From Prevotella sp. (GTDB lineage: Bacteria > Bacteroidota > Bacteroidia > Bacteroidales > Dysgonomonadaceae), in contig JAITVV010000092.1 of assembly GCA_031285625.1 (NCBI GenBank), positions 157,679 to 221,678 of the forward strand: a DNA stretch of 64,000 nucleotides. Reading direction: 5' to 3'. The position numbers were made by a program, and so were the translations under genes. The notes below the pieces were generated by a model, which was given only the letters and a program-made list of their open reading frames with translations, was not told where the DNA came from and did not search any database. Positions 35,859-45,134 of the stretch are shown here, piece after piece (position 1 is the stretch's first letter; the number at the start of each line of letters is the position of its first letter).

Positions 35859-37826
35859 ATGAAGAATTTAACATTGGGCTTGATTAGCCTGTTTTTATTG
35901 ATGGTCTCATGTAGCCAAGACGACCAGTATGAATCTAACCTATCTGAAAATGCCCAATTACACACAATTACCAATCACTACTACGGAGTAAAACGATCGG
36001 AACAAAAAAACACAAAAGGTGTGGCCTTACGATCAAACCTATGGAGCAATAATACTGTAATAACAGTTAAGTTTCTGAATGAACCTGCAACACAAAAAGA
36101 CAAAGATATAGTTGTCACATATGCCAAAGAATGGGAAAAGTATGCAGGTATCAGTTTCAAATTTGTCGAAAGTGGTGATGCTATGATACGAATTGGCTTC
36201 GATTGGAACGAAGATCGTTATGTCACATGGTCCTATATAGGTACTGATGCAAAGATAGTAACTAACCAAAATGAGGCCACAGCCAGTTTTGCAGACTTCG
36301 ACTATCTGACGGATGCTGAAAAAAAAGGTGAAGTTCTTCGTTTATTTGGCCAGGTATTGGGATTAGAACTGGAACATAGACATCTATCGTTCGACGCAGG
36401 CTGGAGAGATCGTGTGCAAAGCCAATGGGAAGGAGATATTTCGGACATTCCATGGGAAACATTAAAGAAATATGTTTTCGATCCACTGGAAACAACCAAT
36501 GCAGTAATGACAGAAGATTACGATCCGCTATCTATTATGATATGGCCTTTTCCACGTACGGTTGCCACAAATACCGAACGTGACTTCAATCTGGAACTTT
36601 CGGAAAGTGATAAAGCTTTTATTGCAAAATTGTACCCGAAGGTAGAAGACGGTTGCATTTTTGAAGGGAAAATTACAGAAAATAGCCTTATGTATAATAC
36701 ATACTATTACAAACCTGGCTTCAAAATAGTATATCATTCACAAAACACTCCACTTATTATACAGTGGGATAATGAAACGAAAGAAAATCTGGGAACTGAC
36801 TTCAATGGTTTCGTTACATACAATGGTACTACACCTCGCAATGGATTAACTTCAATCAGAATATACGGAGATGCTATAGGAATAACAGAGTTTCATTCAA
36901 ATCTAATAGAAATGAATGATGACTATACAACTCCAAGAGGAATTCCTCTTACAGGAGATTATGATTTCTCGAAATTTATAAACTTAAAAAAATTAGGTTT
37001 TACTTGCATAAATTCCGAAGATATCAATCTTTTAAATAATCCCAATTTAGAGGAATTAACATTGATATCAGAGGATTATGTATGGATTGGTTCAGAATAT
37101 TTTACTTGGAATGGAGTAGAAGCATATTATGATTTTACAAAATTAACTAAATTAAAAAAACTCAATTTAGAAGGAATAACCAATACTGATTTTTCTGTAA
37201 ATACAGAATTAGTAGAATTAAATCTTTCTTATCATAATTCAGAAAAATCCGGTTATATTTTTGATTTTTCCCAAAATAAAAAATTGGAAAGTTTAACTAT
37301 ATCAGGAGAAACTAAATGTACAAGATTTGATATATCACAAAATACTAAATTAAAAAACCTAGAACTATATCTTAATAACGAATTTGATAATCTAGATGTA
37401 TCAAAAAATATTTTATTAACAAGATTGCGTGTATACTTGGATAATCCTTACCAATTAGATCTGTCTACCAATCGAACCTTAGAAGTGGTCGAATCTTTTG
37501 GACCCCTCAATAAACTAGTGCTCTCTACAGATAAAGAACAAAAATTAAAAACTCTAGGATTCTGGGGACCAAGTATCACTGAACTGAATGTATCCAATTC
37601 TACATATCTGGAGGAACTTAGTTTATGGTATTGTGCAAATCTGAAAGAAGTAGATGTGTCAAACAATAAATTCCTAAAAGTGATAAGTTCGTCGCCTTAT
37701 GACGGTCATATTAATATAATCGGGTGGAATAAACCTACAACTAAATCGATGCCTGCTTTATCAGCAGAAAAATACTCAATACTCGAAGAGTATGCAACTA
37801 AGCATAATTTGAAAATAGCAAATTAA
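35859..37826 (+). CDS. lipoprotein with a degenerate astacin/M12A-like ZnMc domain and C-terminal leucine-rich repeats
   Basis: lipobox VSC; WEKYAGISFKFV, IRIGF, WSYIGTD, DYDPLSIM; repeated LxxLxL..D(F/V)SxN units. Confidence 0.8.
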   Translation: MKNLTLGLISLFLLMVSCSQDDQYESNLSENAQLHTITNHYYGVKRSEQKNTKGVALRSNLWSNNTVITVKFLNEPATQKDKDIVVTYAKEWEKYAGISFKFVESGDAMIRIGFDWNEDRYVTWSYIGTDAKIVTNQNEATASFADFDYLTDAEKKGEVLRLFGQVLGLELEHRHLSFDAGWRDRVQSQWEGDISDIPWETLKKYVFDPLETTNAVMTEDYDPLSIMIWPFPRTVATNTERDFNLELSESDKAFIAKLYPKVEDGCIFEGKITENSLMYNTYYYKPGFKIVYHSQNTPLIIQWDNETKENLGTDFNGFVTYNGTTPRNGLTSIRIYGDAIGITEFHSNLIEMNDDYTTPRGIPLTGDYDFSKFINLKKLGFTCINSEDINLLNNPNLEELTLISEDYVWIGSEYFTWNGVEAYYDFTKLTKLKKLNLEGITNTDFSVNTELVELNLSYHNSEKSGYIFDFSQNKKLESLTISGETKCTRFDISQNTKLKNLELYLNNEFDNLDVSKNILLTRLRVYLDNPYQLDLSTNRTLEVVESFGPLNKLVLSTDKEQKLKTLGFWGPSITELNVSNSTYLEELSLWYCANLKEVDVSNNKFLKVISSSPYDGHINIIGWNKPTTKSMPALSAEKYSILEEYATKHNLKIAN

Positions 37827-37969
37827 AAACAGATAATATTATAAATGAAGGGTTGGATCTTTAAAATTCAACCCTTTATTTTTCCTATATTTAAACAATT
37901 CGCTTTGCCTATTGTTCTAAGTAAAGAAGAATACTATTATCACTTTACTAATTACTTAAATCTTTATTT

Positions 37970-39472
37970 ATGGAAGAGAATAAGAAAAGAATGACCACAA
38001 ATCAAGGGATTCCAGTTGATAATGATCAGGCTTCGATAACTACTCAAAATCCCAATTTGACACTATTATCGGATACACACTTAGTTGAAAAGCTGGCACA
38101 TTTTGACAGAGAGAGAATACCGGAACGTGTAGTGCATGCCAAAGGTTCAGGAGCACATGGTTATTTTGAAGTTACAAATGATCTGACAAAGTACACGTGT
38201 GCATCCTTTATGTCGCAGGTAGGCAAAAAGACAGAAATATTTGCACGTTTCTCCACTGTAGGCGGAGGTCGTGGATCTGCAGACACAGCAAGAGACCCGC
38301 GTGGATTTGCTGTTAAGTTTTATACAGAAGACGGCAACTATGATATGGTAGGAAACAACACTCCTGTATTCTTTATCCGTGATGCTATTAAATTCCCCGA
38401 TTTTATTCATACACAAAAGAAAAATCCAACCTCAAATCTGGATGATGCAGATGCATTCTGGGATTTTATGTCATTAACACCCGAAAGTGTACATCAGGCT
38501 ACAATATTATTTTCAGACAGGGGAACACCGTATTCATTCCGCCATATGCACGGATTTACCAGCCACACATATATGTGGTATAACGAAAAAGGTGAACATT
38601 ACTGGATCAAGTTACACTTCAAAACAGACCAGGGTATAAAGAACCTGACAAAAGAAGAAGCAACAATGTTGGCAGGTACTGATCCAGATCATGCAACCCG
38701 GGATCTTTTTAATAGTATAAAAAGAGGTGAATTCCCATCATGGAGTGTATATGTACAGATCATGAAACCGGAGGAAGCACCAAATTATAAATTTGATGTC
38801 TTTGATGTTACAAAAGTATGGTCGCAGAAAGACTATCCATTAATCCCTATGGGCAAAATGGTACTGAACCGTAATCCTGAAAACTATTTTACAGAGGTAG
38901 AGCAGGCAGCTTTCTCCCCGGGTAATCTGGTTCCGGGTATTGCTGTCTCTCCCGATAAGATGCTTCAAGGACGTGTATTTAGTTATCCTGACACACATCG
39001 TCACCGTTTAGGTACAAACTTCGATATGATTCCTGTAAATGCCCCAAAAGCACAAATAAATACATATCAGCGTGATGGAGCAATGCATATGCATAGTTAC
39101 ACTGGCCCTAATTACTACCCTAATAGTTTTAATGGAGCAAAACCGGATAAAAAGTATGCAGTTCCGCCGATTGATGTTGCCGGAATGGCTGCCCGCCACG
39201 AATATGTACTCTCTGATATGGATTATGTTCAGGCAGGTGATTTGTATGGCAGGGTATTATCTGAGTATGACAAAACGAATCTGGTAGGTAATATAGTAGC
39301 GCATATAAAAAATGCAGCCAAGCGTATTCAGTTACGCCAGACTGCTATATTCTACAAAGCACACGAAGAGTATGGAACACGTGTAGCCCAGGGGTTAGGA
39401 CTTGATATAAATGAAGTAAAAAGACTTGCAAACATGTCTAATGAAGAAAGAGTAAAAGCAACAGCTCAGTAA
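37970..39472 (+). CDS. katA: monofunctional heme catalase (small subunit)
   Basis: [50 protein letters not shown]. Confidence 0.95.
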   Translation: MEENKKRMTTNQGIPVDNDQASITTQNPNLTLLSDTHLVEKLAHFDRERIPERVVHAKGSGAHGYFEVTNDLTKYTCASFMSQVGKKTEIFARFSTVGGGRGSADTARDPRGFAVKFYTEDGNYDMVGNNTPVFFIRDAIKFPDFIHTQKKNPTSNLDDADAFWDFMSLTPESVHQATILFSDRGTPYSFRHMHGFTSHTYMWYNEKGEHYWIKLHFKTDQGIKNLTKEEATMLAGTDPDHATRDLFNSIKRGEFPSWSVYVQIMKPEEAPNYKFDVFDVTKVWSQKDYPLIPMGKMVLNRNPENYFTEVEQAAFSPGNLVPGIAVSPDKMLQGRVFSYPDTHRHRLGTNFDMIPVNAPKAQINTYQRDGAMHMHSYTGPNYYPNSFNGAKPDKKYAVPPIDVAGMAARHEYVLSDMDYVQAGDLYGRVLSEYDKTNLVGNIVAHIKNAAKRIQLRQTAIFYKAHEEYGTRVAQGLGLDINEVKRLANMSNEERVKATAQ

Positions 39473-39480
39473 TATGATTG

Positions 39481-39509
39481 AAAAAGAGGTGCTCTTGGCA
39501 CCTCTTTTT
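39481..39509. terminator. bidirectional terminator between catalase and the UvrA-like gene
   Basis: AAAAAGAGGTGC/GCACCTCTTTTT. Confidence 0.8.
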
Positions 39510-41793
39510 ATTTTAAGCTTTTCAATAAATATTTTGCAGTCAAAGAATTCTTCACTTTTATCAGTTCTTTAGGTGTACCTTCAAATAGTATCTCCCCTCC
39601 TCTTTTTCCACCATCTGGCCCCATATCGATTATCCAATCTGCCTGTTTGATAACATCGAGGTTATGTTCAATTACGATAACCGTATTACCATTACTTACC
39701 AAATGGTTCAGTAGATGCATAAGCACCGTTATATCTGCCATATGTAAGCCAGTTGTAGGTTCATCCATCACATAAATATTGCCTGTCTTTTTTAGTTCAT
39801 TAGCCAGTTTTACCCGCTGAAGCTCCCCTCCCGAAAGTGTATCGAGCGATTGTCCCAGAGTCAGGTATCCAAGACCGACATTATCGAGTGATTTAAGTTT
39901 CGGTAAAAATCTCTCTTTAGAGAAGAAATCTAACGATTGTGTAATGGTCAGGGAGAGGACATCTGTAATGGACTTCCCTCTTAATTTATATTTTAAGACT
40001 TCCTGTTTATATTTTTTGCCCTGGCAGGTTTCACAAATAGTAGTTACAGTTTCCATAAATGCCATATCTGAAGTAATTACCCCTCTCCCATTACAAGATG
40101 GGCAAGCTCCTTCCGAATTAAAACTAAACATACCGGAAGTAACATTGTTTTTGGCAGCAAACATTTTACGGATATCATCCATTATACCAAGATAAGTGGC
40201 CGAATTGGAACGTGTACTTCCCCTTATAGCTTTTTGGCTTACCTCTATAGCTTCCGGATATTGTTCAACAAAGACATTCGAGATAAGGCTACTCTTACCC
40301 GAACCCGCAACACCCGTAATACAGGTCAATACCCCTTTAGGTATCTTTACAGATATATTTTTCAGATTATGTAAAGTCGCATTTTGTATTTCCAACCAGC
40401 TGTCCGGATGATTCACCGAGTCTTTGAGTGGTATTTCACGATTCATCATTTCGGCAGTTAACGTATCCGCTTTGTATAAGCCCTGAACATCACCCTGATA
40501 AACTACTTCTCCGCCATGCTCTCCGGCCATTGGTCCCATATCGATCAGAGTATCCGCATGGCTGATTATATCCTTATCATGCTCCACAATGAGTACACTA
40601 TTGCCCTTATCCCGCAATGCAACAAACATATCCTTCAATAAGCCAATATCCCGGGGATGTAGACCTACACTGGGTTCATCGAATATATAGGTCATACCGG
40701 TAAGGCTACTTCCCAGATGTTTTACCATCTTTAAGCGTTGAGACTCACCACCCGACAATGTTGACGTCTCCCTACTCAGACTAAGATAGCCCAACCCTAC
40801 TCCTTTTATGCGTTTCAGATTTTCAGTAATAGAGAGTGCGACCGGCGTACCTAATTTATCATCTATCTGGGTCAGGATAGGAATGAGATCAGAAATTTCC
40901 ATATTTGAATAATCAGAAATGTTATATCCGTTTATTCTACTGCTTAACGCAGCCTTATTGAGACGTTCACCATGACAAACAGGACAGATCCCTTCTGAAA
41001 CAAATTTACTCACCATACTTATTGTCCTATCCGAAATCTCACCTGCCGGACGATTCAGATAAATACGATTAAAACGATCAATGATTCCTTCATAATCCAT
41101 CCGCTGAAATGTGGGAATACCTTTGCCCAAAGTAATAGGTACCTTTACATCTTTAATACCTTTTGCATACAAGAAAATATTCATTTCCTCTTCAGTATAA
41201 TCTTTCAGAGGCTTATCGTTATCAAAAAATCCAGAATTGGCATACTTCTGCCAATGCCATGTTCCCGTACGGAAAGGAGGAAATAGTATCGCCCCATTAT
41301 TAAGAGACTTATCCATATCAAATAATCTATCCATATCAAGTGCTATAGCCTTACCTAATCCCTGACAATGCGGACACATACCTGCCGGGTCATTGAATGA
41401 ATACCGGTTAGATGTACCAGCACTGGGTATGCCAGCTCTGGAAAACAATAACCTCACCAGAGGCTGAATATCTGTTATTGTACCTACTGTGGAACGGATA
41501 TTGCCGCCCATCTGTTTCTGGTCAATAACAATGGCCGGAGAAAGGTTACTGATGGACTTTACATCAGGCCTTTCATACTTGGGTAATCTATTACGGATAA
41601 AAGAAGAAAATGTATCATTTAATTGTCGTTGTGATTCTACGGCAACTGTATCGAATACAATCGAAGATTTACCTGATCCGGAAACTCCCGAAAAAACAAC
41701 TACTTCATTTTTGGGTATCTTAAGCGATACATTTTTAAGATTATTCAGCCTTGCAGATTCTATAATAATATATTCTTTATCTCTGTTTTCCAT
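39508..41793 (-). CDS. short UvrA-like ABC ATPase (UvrA2/DrrC class)
   Basis: Two ABC domains (GVSGSGKSS, LSGGESQR, GVAGSGKSS, LSGGELQR) and CxxC pairs; 761 aa, consistent with lack of the UvrB-binding insertion. Confidence 0.88.
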   Translation of the reverse strand: MENRDKEYIIIESARLNNLKNVSLKIPKNEVVVFSGVSGSGKSSIVFDTVAVESQRQLNDTFSSFIRNRLPKYERPDVKSISNLSPAIVIDQKQMGGNIRSTVGTITDIQPLVRLLFSRAGIPSAGTSNRYSFNDPAGMCPHCQGLGKAIALDMDRLFDMDKSLNNGAILFPPFRTGTWHWQKYANSGFFDNDKPLKDYTEEEMNIFLYAKGIKDVKVPITLGKGIPTFQRMDYEGIIDRFNRIYLNRPAGEISDRTISMVSKFVSEGICPVCHGERLNKAALSSRINGYNISDYSNMEISDLIPILTQIDDKLGTPVALSITENLKRIKGVGLGYLSLSRETSTLSGGESQRLKMVKHLGSSLTGMTYIFDEPSVGLHPRDIGLLKDMFVALRDKGNSVLIVEHDKDIISHADTLIDMGPMAGEHGGEVVYQGDVQGLYKADTLTAEMMNREIPLKDSVNHPDSWLEIQNATLHNLKNISVKIPKGVLTCITGVAGSGKSSLISNVFVEQYPEAIEVSQKAIRGSTRSNSATYLGIMDDIRKMFAAKNNVTSGMFSFNSEGACPSCNGRGVITSDMAFMETVTTICETCQGKKYKQEVLKYKLRGKSITDVLSLTITQSLDFFSKERFLPKLKSLDNVGLGYLTLGQSLDTLSGGELQRVKLANELKKTGNIYVMDEPTTGLHMADITVLMHLLNHLVSNGNTVIVIEHNLDVIKQADWIIDMGPDGGKRGGEILFEGTPKELIKVKNSLTAKYLLKSLK

Positions 41794-41813
41794 CTATGAT
41801 AAACTGTTTTTTG

Positions 41814-41848
41814 CAAAAGTAAATATGACGAATGACAACAGTATGTCA
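41814..41848 (-). promoter_or_regulatory. promoter (TACTTTTG) with operator TGACA-N6-TGTCA (41833-41848)
   Basis: 15/16-nt identical site at the same spacing at 45049-45064. Confidence 0.72.
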
Positions 41849-41914
41849 GCATTCATAAATAAAAAACACAGGCACTAATAATTACCTGTGTTTAAAATCA
41901 TTAACTATAATCTT

Positions 41915-42862
41915 TTATAGAGGCTTAACCGGAATACAAATATCAACAATATGTTTCTTCTCAGGATGAAGCTCATAATAATTATGATATAGCTCATAAG
42001 TATTACCCTCTCCCTGCTGATAGCCGCTCTCAGTAAACCATAGGCACATGGTATTCCATGCCTGCTGAAATTCATGATTATTTAATTCGAAATGACCCAC
42101 AGCATATTTACCACCGGGGATAATCATTTTACCTATTTCTCCCTCTACTTTAACATCCCCTTCAATCAGGATACAGGCACTTTGCCTGACCTTACCAAGA
42201 TCGGTAATAGACGGATCGTCATGTGTAACAGAAATTGTTTTGGTCTTTTCTGGATCATACAAATTACGTGGGATAGCCCATTTAATAACTTTCTCATAGG
42301 CTTTGTAAATCTGATCGAATGCACCGATATGACGGCAATAAATTACATTCATGTCAGGCATTTCTTTAACTTCGATTCTTGTTTTCATAATGATTAATTT
42401 ATTAATTTCTACATTACAAAATTCGGAATCTAATTCGAGCCGGGATTTCACATTCTTGCTGAGTAGTTGCCCGTTCTTGCTAAAAAGCAATCCATCTTTA
42501 GAAAATACTGCCTTTTCGGTTCTACTAAATTCACGGGCTGTTATTCCAAAATATTTTCTGAATGTCCTACTAAATAGGGATACACTACTAAAACCACAGA
42601 TATATGCTATCTCGGTAACAGACAAACTCTGGTCATTCCATATAAGCATAGCCGCTTTTTCGATCCGTATACGCTGAATAAAATCAATAGGAGTCTCTCC
42701 TATGAGAAATGTAAATATACGATGAAAATGAAAGGGTGAAAAGTTTGCAATTTGTGCTATTGTATTAAGGTCTAATTGTTGGTCTATATTAGTCTCAATG
42801 TAATCCATTACCCTGTTGATTCTCGAAATGTATTCCTGCTGGCTCTTTTCTTTTGCAATCAT
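41915..42862 (-). CDS. AraC-family regulator with GyrI-like effector domain
   Basis: FSPFHFHRIF, IAYICGFSSVSLFSRTFRKYFG; C-terminal HDDPSIT, IPGGKYAV, DICIPVK. Confidence 0.9.
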   Translation of the reverse strand: MIAKEKSQQEYISRINRVMDYIETNIDQQLDLNTIAQIANFSPFHFHRIFTFLIGETPIDFIQRIRIEKAAMLIWNDQSLSVTEIAYICGFSSVSLFSRTFRKYFGITAREFSRTEKAVFSKDGLLFSKNGQLLSKNVKSRLELDSEFCNVEINKLIIMKTRIEVKEMPDMNVIYCRHIGAFDQIYKAYEKVIKWAIPRNLYDPEKTKTISVTHDDPSITDLGKVRQSACILIEGDVKVEGEIGKMIIPGGKYAVGHFELNNHEFQQAWNTMCLWFTESGYQQGEGNTYELYHNYYELHPEKKHIVDICIPVKPL

Positions 42863-42926
42863 GATTTAGTTATTTTCACAAATATAGAAACAAGAGTGGA
42901 GTATACATTTTACTATTCTTGCTAAA

Positions 42927-43862
42927 TTATGTTTTTATACTATGCACCAGATTTTTCACTATATTTTTAAACTCCAACGGCTCTATAACCGTAGCCTGGT
43001 CTGCAAAGGATAGATACCATCGGGCAAGCCCTTCCAGTGAATGAGTTACATAATGCTGAATTACATAGTCATCAAAGTCTTCTTCATTCACCAATCCGAA
43101 TATATATTTTGTCATTCCCATAAAACGTAGTGCCGGTTTTTCCACCCTTACTTTTACATTATATACGATATCACTAGCATATATTTTATCAAGAAGAGCT
43201 TTCAATGTTGGATGCTTATTTTCAAAACCATTTTCTAGAGAAATCAGGTTCTGAATACGGCTCAGGTTAAAAGTCCGATAATCTTTTCTCAGTTTACACC
43301 AGGCCATTACATACCAGTTGTTCACCATGAAATAAAATCCGAGTGGTTCGATATCGCGAGTGGTTATTTCCCTGTTGTAGTTTGCATTATAATCTATCCG
43401 GGCTACTTTTTTATCTATAATACAATGTAAAAGCGGCTGAAAAACATTTACAGGCTCGCTTAATGGCAGGGTATGGTTCTCTAAGGCTTGTATATGACTA
43501 TCAAAATCTTCAAGAATATTTTTCTCAGCACTTCGTAACACTGCCCTTATCTTACCCATCCCGCTACGGTAAAACTTATAAGTATCCTTTTCGGTCTGAC
43601 GGCTTATCAGTTTTTCGGCCATAAGGAACGCAATAGCCTCTTCCGTGGAAAACATGAGTGGAGGCAATTTATATCCGTCTACCAGAGAATACCCCAATCC
43701 GGCCTCTCCCGTGATGGGAATACCCGATTCTTCCAAAACACGTATATCCCGATAAACAGTACGCAAACTAACACCAAATTCATCCGCAATCTGACGGGCT
43801 GTAACCACAGAACGTGATTGCAGCCTGACAAGTATTGCTGATATTCGATCGAGTTTATTCAA
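42927..43862 (-). CDS. YafY-family wHTH-WYL transcriptional regulator
   Basis: VSLRTVYRDI, GEAGLGYSL, LPPLMFS.EEA, RDIEPLG, WYVMAWCKLRKDYRTFNLSRI. Confidence 0.92.
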   Translation of the reverse strand: MNKLDRISAILVRLQSRSVVTARQIADEFGVSLRTVYRDIRVLEESGIPITGEAGLGYSLVDGYKLPPLMFSTEEAIAFLMAEKLISRQTEKDTYKFYRSGMGKIRAVLRSAEKNILEDFDSHIQALENHTLPLSEPVNVFQPLLHCIIDKKVARIDYNANYNREITTRDIEPLGFYFMVNNWYVMAWCKLRKDYRTFNLSRIQNLISLENGFENKHPTLKALLDKIYASDIVYNVKVRVEKPALRFMGMTKYIFGLVNEEDFDDYVIQHYVTHSLEGLARWYLSFADQATVIEPLEFKNIVKNLVHSIKT

Positions 43863-43902
43863 AATGTGAATTTGATATGAAATGTAAAGTTAATCATAAT
43901 AC

Positions 43903-44559
43903 TCATTGAAAGAATTCTTTCAGGTCGGGATATAAGATATCCTGATCTATTATGTAACTACCATGATCATGTTCACGCATAATCTTTAGTCTGGCATCCG
44001 ACAGTGTCTTTACTATATTCTGAAAAGTTTTTCTGTAATAAATATCATTCTGCGCAGCCACAACCAATGCCGGAACATGTATATTTGCTAATTCTTTTAA
44101 TTCTATATCAGGCTGCTCCAACATCATTTTCACTAAAGGATCTTTATTCTTTTCATATTCGAATAGCAAATAGTCATAAACACTTTTCTTAAAATCAGAG
44201 GGTTTTAGGTTTACACCAAGCAGAGCCATCTTACTAAAGGTATTCTTATACTTAAGCTCTAACAGTATGCTGATAATAGCTCCATCACTAAATCCTATCA
44301 CAGATACATTTTCCAAACTGAGTTTCCTGATGAACTGATAAATATCTTCAGCCATTGTTTCATAAGAATAGTCTTCAGTTTTTTGGCTTTCACCATGATT
44401 CCTGCTATCTATAGCATAGATAGTAAAATTCTGTTTTAGCTTAAAAATCAATTTATCAAATATATGATGATCTTCACCATTACCATGCAACAGAATTACG
44501 GGATTTCCCGTACCTTCCTTTATATAGTTAAGAACAGTGTTATTTATTTCTATTTTCAT
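43903..44559 (-). CDS. alpha/beta hydrolase
   Basis: LLHGNGE, DSRNHGES, GFSDGA nucleophile elbow. Confidence 0.88.
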   Translation of the reverse strand: MKIEINNTVLNYIKEGTGNPVILLHGNGEDHHIFDKLIFKLKQNFTIYAIDSRNHGESQKTEDYSYETMAEDIYQFIRKLSLENVSVIGFSDGAIISILLELKYKNTFSKMALLGVNLKPSDFKKSVYDYLLFEYEKNKDPLVKMMLEQPDIELKELANIHVPALVVAAQNDIYYRKTFQNIVKTLSDARLKIMREHDHGSYIIDQDILYPDLKEFFQ

Positions 44560-44566
44560 CTTAAAA

Positions 44567-44998
44567 TTACATTAACATTGCTCTGATACCAACAGGTTTA
44601 AATCTGACAATACAAAATAAATCTCCTTCAGGTCCTTCCGGAAAATGGTGAATCATATGGTCCATCCACTTAGACTTTTTTGTTCCTGCGTCGGTTAGTA
44701 CTTCTGCATTTCCTGTCAATATTACTTGTCCGTTCCCATCTGTATACATCAATTCACACAAAGGATTTTCACTGATATTCTTAACCTTCTGAGAATTTGA
44801 TTCTGTTGCAAAATAAAATTCTTGCAGACTTTGTCCCGGCAAGTGGCTAAATCCTGAAACCCGTGCTCCTTTCTCTTTACAGCTTGTTCCAATAACAGCA
44901 TGGTCACGGGCGGCAATAAACTCTTCTGCTATTTTTCTTTCCTCTGCTGACATACCTTCAGCCTCTCCTACATAAAACAATTTGAAATTCATAATCAA
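44567..44998 (-). CDS. pyridoxamine 5'-phosphate oxidase-like / general stress protein 26 family
   Basis: YFATESNSQKVKNISENP, LTGNAEVL, HFPEGPE. Confidence 0.75.
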   Translation of the reverse strand: MIMNFKLFYVGEAEGMSAEERKIAEEFIAARDHAVIGTSCKEKGARVSGFSHLPGQSLQEFYFATESNSQKVKNISENPLCELMYTDGNGQVILTGNAEVLTDAGTKKSKWMDHMIHHFPEGPEGDLFCIVRFKPVGIRAMLM

Positions 44999-45029
44999 TA
45001 ATTTAGTGTTAATACTTAATTGCTTATCA

Positions 45030-45064
45030 CAAAAGTAAGAGAGCAGAATGACAACTGTATGTCA
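45030..45064 (-). promoter_or_regulatory. promoter (TACTTTTG) with operator TGACA-N6-TGTCA (45049-45064)
   Basis: Heads the gene run containing the WYL regulator; twin site at 41833. Confidence 0.72.
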
Positions 45065-45134
45065 GTAGGACGAAGTATTTTTAAATAAAAAAGCCATCAA
45101 TAAATTGACGGCTTTTCTTTCTATTTATATAAGT

